Shown here piece by piece: positions 10,627 to 15,982 of a stretch of 15,982 bases of DNA (positions within the stretch are counted from its first letter, which is position 1; every line of letters starts with the position of its first letter). The notes under the pieces were generated by a model. That model was given only the letters and a program-made list of their open reading frames with translations, made no database searches and was not told where the DNA came from. Both the position numbers and the translations under genes were made by a program. The DNA is taken from the UHGV virus genome UHGV-0177145; one strand, 5' to 3'. The stretch is from a virus.

Positions 10627-10674
10627 AAAATAAGCTATAACACCTGACTTGTCAATAGATTTTATAGCTTATTT
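10627..10674 (-). promoter_or_regulatory. Perfect 13-bp inverted repeat bracketing a putative proximal promoter
   Basis: AAATAAGCTATAA (10628-10640) / TTATAGCTTATTT (10662-10674), 21-nt spacer. On the minus strand the spacer holds TTGACA (10650-10655), 17 nt upstream of TATTTT (10627-10632). Confidence 0.3.
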
Positions 10675-10828
10675 GGCAGATTTTTTATAAGGCTACTGCC
10701 ATCCTTCCATACCAAACCACACCCTGCCAAACCAGAGCCTACTAGACCATACCGAACCAAACATCACTTAAAAACCCTTTTAAAAGACTCTTAAGTGATG
10801 TTGGTGAGTACCTGTTGGTTTATGCTGC

Positions 10829-10858
10829 TCAGTATACTCACCAAATTTTCTATGTCAA
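10829..10858 (-). promoter_or_regulatory. Strong sigma70-like promoter just downstream of the ligase stop codon
   Basis: Minus strand: TTGACA (10853-10858), 16-nt spacer, TATACT (10831-10836). A 10-bp inverted repeat TTGGTGAGTA (10801-10810) / TACTCACCAA (10835-10844) overlaps the -10 and the predicted start site. Confidence 0.45.
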
Positions 10859-10864
10859 CAACTT

Positions 10865-11968
10865 TTATTCGTAGTCTCGAATAACTAACCCAACAGGGAA
10901 CTGTAAAGACCCCTTACGAGTCATCTTCTGGAACTGTACCGTTAAAGGTTTCCCGATAAACTCTTCAGGGTGTTCAGCAAGATACTGTTTCTTCTCATGA
11001 GTAGTCTTCCATGAGACATCTACAAATACGTTAGGAAGAGTCTCTACAACGAACTTACCATGACCCCGCTTATCAGTCTTTACACCAGTCACTTTAAACT
11101 CTTCAGTGTGCATCTTCTTGTGCTTAATCAAGAAGTATGAACGGTGACAACACTCATAGAAGGAGTCTTCAGAGATTGAACGGTACATTGCACCTTCAAA
11201 CTTAGCTTCAACCCACTTATCATGAGCTTCATCAAACTCTTCCCAAGAATTTACACGACGAGACTTAACAGGGACAACTTTACAGCCATCTCTAAAGTCA
11301 TTCAATGGTGAAGTCTCAATGATATCTCTACGCTCAGGCCACGTCTTAGTGCTGTCACAGATATCATACCAGTAAAACTTGAGTAGGTGTCTGTCAGGAT
11401 TGTCTTCATTTTTAATCATGGAGACGATATCTTCTAAGTCCCACCCATGAGCATAAATCTCTCCATCAAATTCATCAACATCTTTGTGGAGCCTTAACAT
11501 TGCCATAATGTCAGGTATTAGTTCAGTAGGGATTTTGTAAACAGTATTCTCACGAGAATATGCTGTAAATACACTGCCAATACTCAAGTGCCTTGAAATT
11601 CTACAACGAACACCATCAAGTTTCGGTTGAGCATCAGCAGGGAACTTCAGGTACTTTGCATGGCTAACCTTTGCAGCATCATGAGCAAGCTGTACACCAA
11701 CTTTCTCAGTATTCTGTGCAGACTCTTTTGTGTAAGCATAACCTTTACGGTCAACTTGCTTTTTATACTTTGCAGCAACTTCAAAGAGAGCTTGCTGTTC
11801 AGCGTTACGCTCATTCTTTTTACCGATGTTTTTAGGTTCTGCTGTATACTCTTCAAACATCATCTTGCCATTTTCTTTACCGTAGGTTGTAATAACTTTG
11901 TCACCTACAGCGACGCATGACCAGACGTTAAAAGAGCCATCTTTATTTTGTTTGTACAGTGTTGTCAT
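10865..11968 (-). CDS. lig: ATP-dependent DNA ligase
   Basis: KLDGVR adenylation motif (KxDG, motif I); size (367 aa) in the range of T7-type phage ligases. Confidence 0.88.
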   Translation of the reverse strand: MTTLYKQNKDGSFNVWSCVAVGDKVITTYGKENGKMMFEEYTAEPKNIGKKNERNAEQQALFEVAAKYKKQVDRKGYAYTKESAQNTEKVGVQLAHDAAKVSHAKYLKFPADAQPKLDGVRCRISRHLSIGSVFTAYSRENTVYKIPTELIPDIMAMLRLHKDVDEFDGEIYAHGWDLEDIVSMIKNEDNPDRHLLKFYWYDICDSTKTWPERRDIIETSPLNDFRDGCKVVPVKSRRVNSWEEFDEAHDKWVEAKFEGAMYRSISEDSFYECCHRSYFLIKHKKMHTEEFKVTGVKTDKRGHGKFVVETLPNVFVDVSWKTTHEKKQYLAEHPEEFIGKPLTVQFQKMTRKGSLQFPVGLVIRDYE

Positions 11969-12171
11969 TTTCTCTTACCACCAATTTCTACGTCAATAAC
12001 TTGAACATCACCAGCAACATCAAACTTATGAATGATGCTTTCCACAGTGTAAGTCCAACCATCGATACGAACCAACTCACCTTCTCGTGGGACGATTGGG
12101 TTACGTTGAGCTACCGTTGTAGTAGAGTGAACAACATCATAACGGTAGATATAGTTTACTAGGACTTCCAT
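11965..12171 (-). CDS. Hypothetical protein (68 aa)
   Basis: ATG with AAGGGA ribosome-binding site; stop overlaps the ligase start (ATGA). Confidence 0.5.
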   Translation of the reverse strand: MEVLVNYIYRYDVVHSTTTVAQRNPIVPREGELVRIDGWTYTVESIIHKFDVAGDVQVIDVEIGGKRK

Positions 12172-12180
12172 ATCTTTCCC

Positions 12181-12399
12181 TTAAAAGGATAAGTCAATAT
12201 CAATACGTTCACCCTTAAGGACTCCAGTACGGTCTTTTGCAATCTTCCCTTCAACAATAAGAATGTGTGCAGACCTTAAAGTGTCACTGTTAAAGGCTTT
12301 TACGAACTTGCTAGGCATCACTACAATACACATCTCCTGAATCAACTCTGGAGTATAGCAATTGTCGTGAAGTTGCTGAATAACGTCTGAAAGTGTCAT
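12181..12399 (-). CDS. Hypothetical protein (72 aa from ATG)
   Basis: Track ORF starts at TTG (12414); the ATG at 12397-12399 has a GGAGA ribosome-binding site and overlaps the upstream TGA (ATGA). Confidence 0.5.
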   Translation of the reverse strand: MTLSDVIQQLHDNCYTPELIQEMCIVVMPSKFVKAFNSDTLRSAHILIVEGKIAKDRTGVLKGERIDIDLSF

Positions 12400-12605
12400 T
12401 TTTGATGTCTCCAATACTCAATGTCAATAAGTTCTTGTGCAATGCTTTTCAGATTACCTTTCAAGAAAACCTTCTCAGAACCTGAAAGAGATGAATTGTC
12501 AATTAGCCTGTTCATTCTCTCAAACAACTTCTGCTTACGATTCTTGATAGTTTCCTTTGAAGCACCTTTCATCATCGCTGCATGGGTTCTTCCACGGTGG
12601 CTCAT
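12396..12605 (-). CDS. Hypothetical small basic protein (69 aa)
   Basis: AGGAGGG ribosome-binding site; rich in K/R; no recognised domain. Confidence 0.5.
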   Translation of the reverse strand: MSHRGRTHAAMMKGASKETIKNRKQKLFERMNRLIDNSSLSGSEKVFLKGNLKSIAQELIDIEYWRHQK

Positions 12606-12656
12606 AAGCCCTCCTATACAAGATATTGTATAAGGTACTCTTCCATGAGCACCTTG

Positions 12657-13160
12657 TCAACTTAGTTTTGCAAACTCTCCGTGGAGTTTTATAGCAGCTT
12701 CACAGTAAGCTTTATGGGCTTCTTCAGGTGTGTCAAATAAACCAAGTGATGTCCTTTTACCTCTGCATGTTATAGCTGCCCTCCACTTATTGCAGTCTTT
12801 AAAGTAATATACACCCTTGTAACCTGATTTGTTAGTTGTCTGCTTTACTCTATTTTGAGCATTTCCGTATTTATCAGTCTCCCTAAGATTAGAAATGTGA
12901 TTATTACTTCTGTTACCATCAATGTGGTCTATCATCTTAGTGGGTTTGTAACCATGTTCGAACCACCAAACGAGGTGATGAATTTTTATTACGACATCTT
13001 TGAATTTAAGTACTTTGTAACCGTAAGCATCAGCACCTCCTGCAATCTGCCCAGCTTTAGCTTGTCTATTCCTGTCATACTTGTTGTAGAAGACCCCTTT
13101 GTCGGGGTCGTAAATAAAATTATCCTTGTAATCTTGAAGTGTTAGTGTACGGCGTACCAT
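12657..13160 (-). CDS. HNH homing endonuclease with AP2-type DNA-binding domain
   Basis: HNH core HHLVWWFEHGY...IDHIDGNRSNNHISNL plus AP2-like SGYKGVYYFKDCNKWRAAITCRGKRTSLGLFDTPEEAHKAY. Start overlaps the last 19 nt of the polymerase gene. Confidence 0.8.
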   Translation of the reverse strand: MVRRTLTLQDYKDNFIYDPDKGVFYNKYDRNRQAKAGQIAGGADAYGYKVLKFKDVVIKIHHLVWWFEHGYKPTKMIDHIDGNRSNNHISNLRETDKYGNAQNRVKQTTNKSGYKGVYYFKDCNKWRAAITCRGKRTSLGLFDTPEEAHKAYCEAAIKLHGEFAKLS

Positions 13161-15841
13161 GTCTTACCTACCTTACCAGTGCCTGTAACAAGCGTCTTAC
13201 TCTTTAATCCAAGATTTTTTGATGCTTGACCATACATTCTATCAATAATCTCCTTAACATCAGGTACATCTTTGGTTGGAACCTCTAAAGAGACCTCATC
13301 GTGGTAACTACAGACCCATCTAGCACCAATAGCGGGCTTCCTACCATTTAGAACTGTAAGCTTGCGCTCTGTTAACTCTCTGTTAGCCAAGTTAATACCC
13401 TCATTCTGCACCTGCGCCTCACTTCCCATAAGTGTGTAATTCAATAACTTATGTGGAGATTTACACCATAACCAAGCTCCAGCAACTTTGATATAACCAC
13501 CTTTGGCAATTGCAGAAGTTTTTCCAAAAACCTCTTCAAGTGCTTTCTTAGTTGCTTTGAAGTCTTCCTCTAGTCTATCAAGCAGTTTTTTAATCTTAGG
13601 TAGACGCACAAAGTAAGTTTGTTTAGTCAATGCACCCTCTTCCGTAGATGATGCCTTGATAGTTTTTGCAAACTTCTCGTCTCCGGCTCCAAATAACAGG
13701 GCGTAGATGCCATTTTTGCTCTTCTTACGACCTTTTGTAATCTCGTGGAGAAGTTCCTCATCCTGTGTCTCCCTGCAACGAACAATATCCTCTTCTTTGT
13801 TAAGACCAAAGTAAATACTGTTCAGTGTATGCGCATCAGTCCCTGTGTAGACTTCATAGAGGTCATTTTCAGCATCATAACGCAGATACTTGTCAGTTTC
13901 TGGGTTAAGATACTTGTCAAGATGTTTACAGTAATATCTACCATCATCTTGCTTAGTGAACTCTACTGACTCTTTACCCTCAGTTACCGCTTTAGTGAAG
14001 TCTTCATCACCCATAAAGTTACAAAGGAGAACTAGCTGTGCTGAGTTTTGGTCTACGGAGATGATATCTGTACCATCTTCACAAGTCCACACCTCCCTCA
14101 TAGGTGCTCCATAGACAGCAGCACCAGACGGTACGTTTACAATACCATACTGAGTCATACGTCCAGTTGAAGTACCAAACACCATTGCGCCAGCACTAAG
14201 GCGACCATCTGGACGAATCTGGTTCAACCAACCTTTTTCATCATCCTTTGAGTTCTCAATAGTTCTGCGTCGGTGCATCAAAGTATAGTACTTAGCAATC
14301 TTCTGTCCAAGCTCACCTTCAATCGTATCATAAGATGACTCAGTAAGTTTTGGTGAAGTACGGATTAAGCAAGGTTCAAGCAAATCTGTGTACTTCTTCA
14401 CAGACCAGTTATGTTCAATGTACTGGACACCTTCATGTTCAACATAACTCAAACCACACCGTTCCACCATCTCATCCCATTTAGGATGCTTTGTAATCAT
14501 CTTTTTGTTGTCTTTGAAGCGACAAACCTTAACAGGACGACCATCAGAGTCTTTCTTGTAGTTCCAGTCATCTGGAATCCAACCAACTGATTTCAAGTAG
14601 TCTTTAACAACTGCTACCTGAGTCATACGAGAAACTTCGAACTCAATTGGTGTATATGGTGCATCAATCAAACCTGTGTAGCGACTTGACTCAAGCTCAA
14701 AGTGGTTAACAACATGGCTGTTATAGTACTTCACAGTTTTAACTGTTTTTACTGGCTTCCAGTCTTTGCACTTCTTACCAATCTTTGCATTCAACTCATT
14801 GCAAATTGCACGAGCATCCTTCATTGCTACAAAACCTTCCTTGTACTCTTCACCAGTTACAGAGTTGGTTGGTGTATAGCAATTCCGCTTTTCAATGTTA
14901 AAAATCTTTGTAGTTGGTTTACCAAATGGCTTGATTTCATATGTCTGCATCTCACCGTTACGTACCTGTTGACGATACTTTGTCTTAGGGTACTTGGTAA
15001 TTCTCTTCAGTCCATCTGCATGACCAAACGCTTCAACATACTCATTCCAAGCTTTTGCAAATTCTTCTCCAGTGACTTTACCTTTGGTCTTAATAGTTGG
15101 AGGAAGATGTGGTTCAACTTCTGAAGCAAGCTCATTAGTCAACTTGTCAAGTTCCTTTACATGGAACTCCATAAGTTCTTTATCAGCTTTCCAACCATTA
15201 ATAGCCTGTTGACTCATCCAGAAAGATGTCTCTTTAGCTCGCATATAGGTTTCATAAGTGTCTATGCCACACTTCTTAAGCTTGAGATATTCATTATCAA
15301 GTGCCCGTTTAGTTTTGGCGTTAATGCGAATATCTTCTACAACACGAGTGAAGATTTCTGCATTCCACACACCCCAATGTTCAATCTCTGGTTTACGTAC
15401 ACCAACACGAGCACCCCATGCTGCCAAGCCATGAGCACCTTTATAGCCCTTTGGAGTTGGTCTATCCATCCACTGAACACGAGATTGGATAAGAGAATCC
15501 TGAAAGAAATTGCTCCACGGCTTACACTTTGGATTATCAAAGTTCCATAAATCAGGTGCAATGTGATTGAAAACCCACCAGTCATACCCCAGACCATTAT
15601 GGATGCAAAGTCGTTTTGCCTTTAACGCAAACTCAACACCTTCACGCAAGCCACCCTTAATGTACTTGGTATACTTGTGACCGAGGATAGGCTCATCTGT
15701 AAAGACCCATACAGGTGGCTCTTCATCGTCAGATTTATAGTCTGCGAAAGCCATTACGTGCACTTTAGTGAACTCAAGGAGTAAACCATCAGTTTCTGTA
15801 TCACCAACTAAATGTAAGTTTTTAAAATCTACGTTTTCCAT
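13142..15841 (-). CDS. Family A (T7-like) DNA polymerase with 3'-5' exonuclease domain
   Basis: Exo motifs DTETDG and HNGLGYD. Polymerase motif B KSKNGIYALLFGAGDEKF (T7-like), motif C SYHDEV, motif A-like VDQNSAQLVLL. Start moved from the track (15871) to ATG 15839-15841, which has a GAGGGAG ribosome-binding site 6 nt upstream. Confidence 0.9.
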   Translation of the reverse strand: MENVDFKNLHLVGDTETDGLLLEFTKVHVMAFADYKSDDEEPPVWVFTDEPILGHKYTKYIKGGLREGVEFALKAKRLCIHNGLGYDWWVFNHIAPDLWNFDNPKCKPWSNFFQDSLIQSRVQWMDRPTPKGYKGAHGLAAWGARVGVRKPEIEHWGVWNAEIFTRVVEDIRINAKTKRALDNEYLKLKKCGIDTYETYMRAKETSFWMSQQAINGWKADKELMEFHVKELDKLTNELASEVEPHLPPTIKTKGKVTGEEFAKAWNEYVEAFGHADGLKRITKYPKTKYRQQVRNGEMQTYEIKPFGKPTTKIFNIEKRNCYTPTNSVTGEEYKEGFVAMKDARAICNELNAKIGKKCKDWKPVKTVKTVKYYNSHVVNHFELESSRYTGLIDAPYTPIEFEVSRMTQVAVVKDYLKSVGWIPDDWNYKKDSDGRPVKVCRFKDNKKMITKHPKWDEMVERCGLSYVEHEGVQYIEHNWSVKKYTDLLEPCLIRTSPKLTESSYDTIEGELGQKIAKYYTLMHRRRTIENSKDDEKGWLNQIRPDGRLSAGAMVFGTSTGRMTQYGIVNVPSGAAVYGAPMREVWTCEDGTDIISVDQNSAQLVLLCNFMGDEDFTKAVTEGKESVEFTKQDDGRYYCKHLDKYLNPETDKYLRYDAENDLYEVYTGTDAHTLNSIYFGLNKEEDIVRCRETQDEELLHEITKGRKKSKNGIYALLFGAGDEKFAKTIKASSTEEGALTKQTYFVRLPKIKKLLDRLEEDFKATKKALEEVFGKTSAIAKGGYIKVAGAWLWCKSPHKLLNYTLMGSEAQVQNEGINLANRELTERKLTVLNGRKPAIGARWVCSYHDEVSLEVPTKDVPDVKEIIDRMYGQASKNLGLKSKTLVTGTGKVGKTWYAVH

Positions 15842-15982
15842 TTTTACTCCCTCTAAAATCATTAACCTCATACATTACTGCAAAAAATTATAAAAAGCAA
15901 GTTGACAATGTACTTGACAAGGTGTTAATCTTTGCGAAGTGGGTTTTTACTTAAAAGGTTACTTAACAGTTTAACTATACAG

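Noticed and set aside
10583-10864. tRNA or small-ORF gene in the intergenic island
   Set aside because: No cloverleaf could be drawn (a GGTTCGG segment does not complete a T-arm with an acceptor stem). The only internal ORF is 23 codons with a poorly spaced ribosome-binding site. A regulatory or non-coding role is kept as a finding instead.
8199-15597. Plus-strand and nested ORFs inside the minus-strand replication block (8199..8552, 8656..8964, 9828..10043, 9875..10075, 11627..11920, 11647..11856, 11959..12162, 12421..12633, 12855..13145, 13627..13809, 13745..13969, 14702..15124, 15161..15550, 15337..15597)
   Set aside because: Each overlaps a better-supported gene on the opposite strand or another frame, and the products look like frame-shadow translations of AT-rich coding DNA.
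15842-15871. ORF-track start of the polymerase at 15871 (MRLMILEGVK...)
   Set aside because: No ribosome-binding site upstream, whereas the internal ATG at 15839-15841 is preceded by GAGGGAG; the extra 10 codons are probably 5' UTR.
15902-15930. Plus-strand promoter from TTGACA (15902-15907) with TTAATC as -10
   Set aside because: The -10 match is poor (2-3 of 6) and any driven gene would lie beyond the window end.

Overview
AT-rich window (GC not computed) that reads as a segment of a tailed, probably virulent, bacteriophage genome. It holds two convergent gene blocks meeting at a hairpin terminator near 7068-7100. Plus strand (3-7062) is a tail/baseplate module: a 5'-truncated baseplate J-like gene (open to the window edge), two small baseplate-proximal genes, two tail-fibre genes sharing a His-x-His-rich C-terminal module, and two small membrane-protein genes. 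Minus strand (7099-15841) is a nucleotide-metabolism and replication module: thymidylate synthase, dihydrofolate reductase, a zinc-ribbon protein, two hypotheticals, an XRE-type HTH protein, a signal-peptide protein, ATP-dependent DNA ligase, three small ORFs, an HNH-AP2 homing endonuclease and a T7-like family A DNA polymerase. Minus-strand genes are tightly packed, often with overlapping start/stop codons (ATGA, TAATG, ATGAATGA). Several ORF-track starts are non-ATG (GTG/TTG) and were moved to nearby ATGs with better ribosome-binding sites. No rRNA, tRNA, CRISPR array, integrase or attachment site was seen. I did not find a self-evident novel multi-gene system. The most interesting unexplained material is the 282-nt intergenic island at 10583-10864, the modular and repeat-rich tail-fibre pair, and the thymidylate-synthase homologue with non-canonical residues. 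All calls come from reading the sequence and remembered family motifs; no database search was run.
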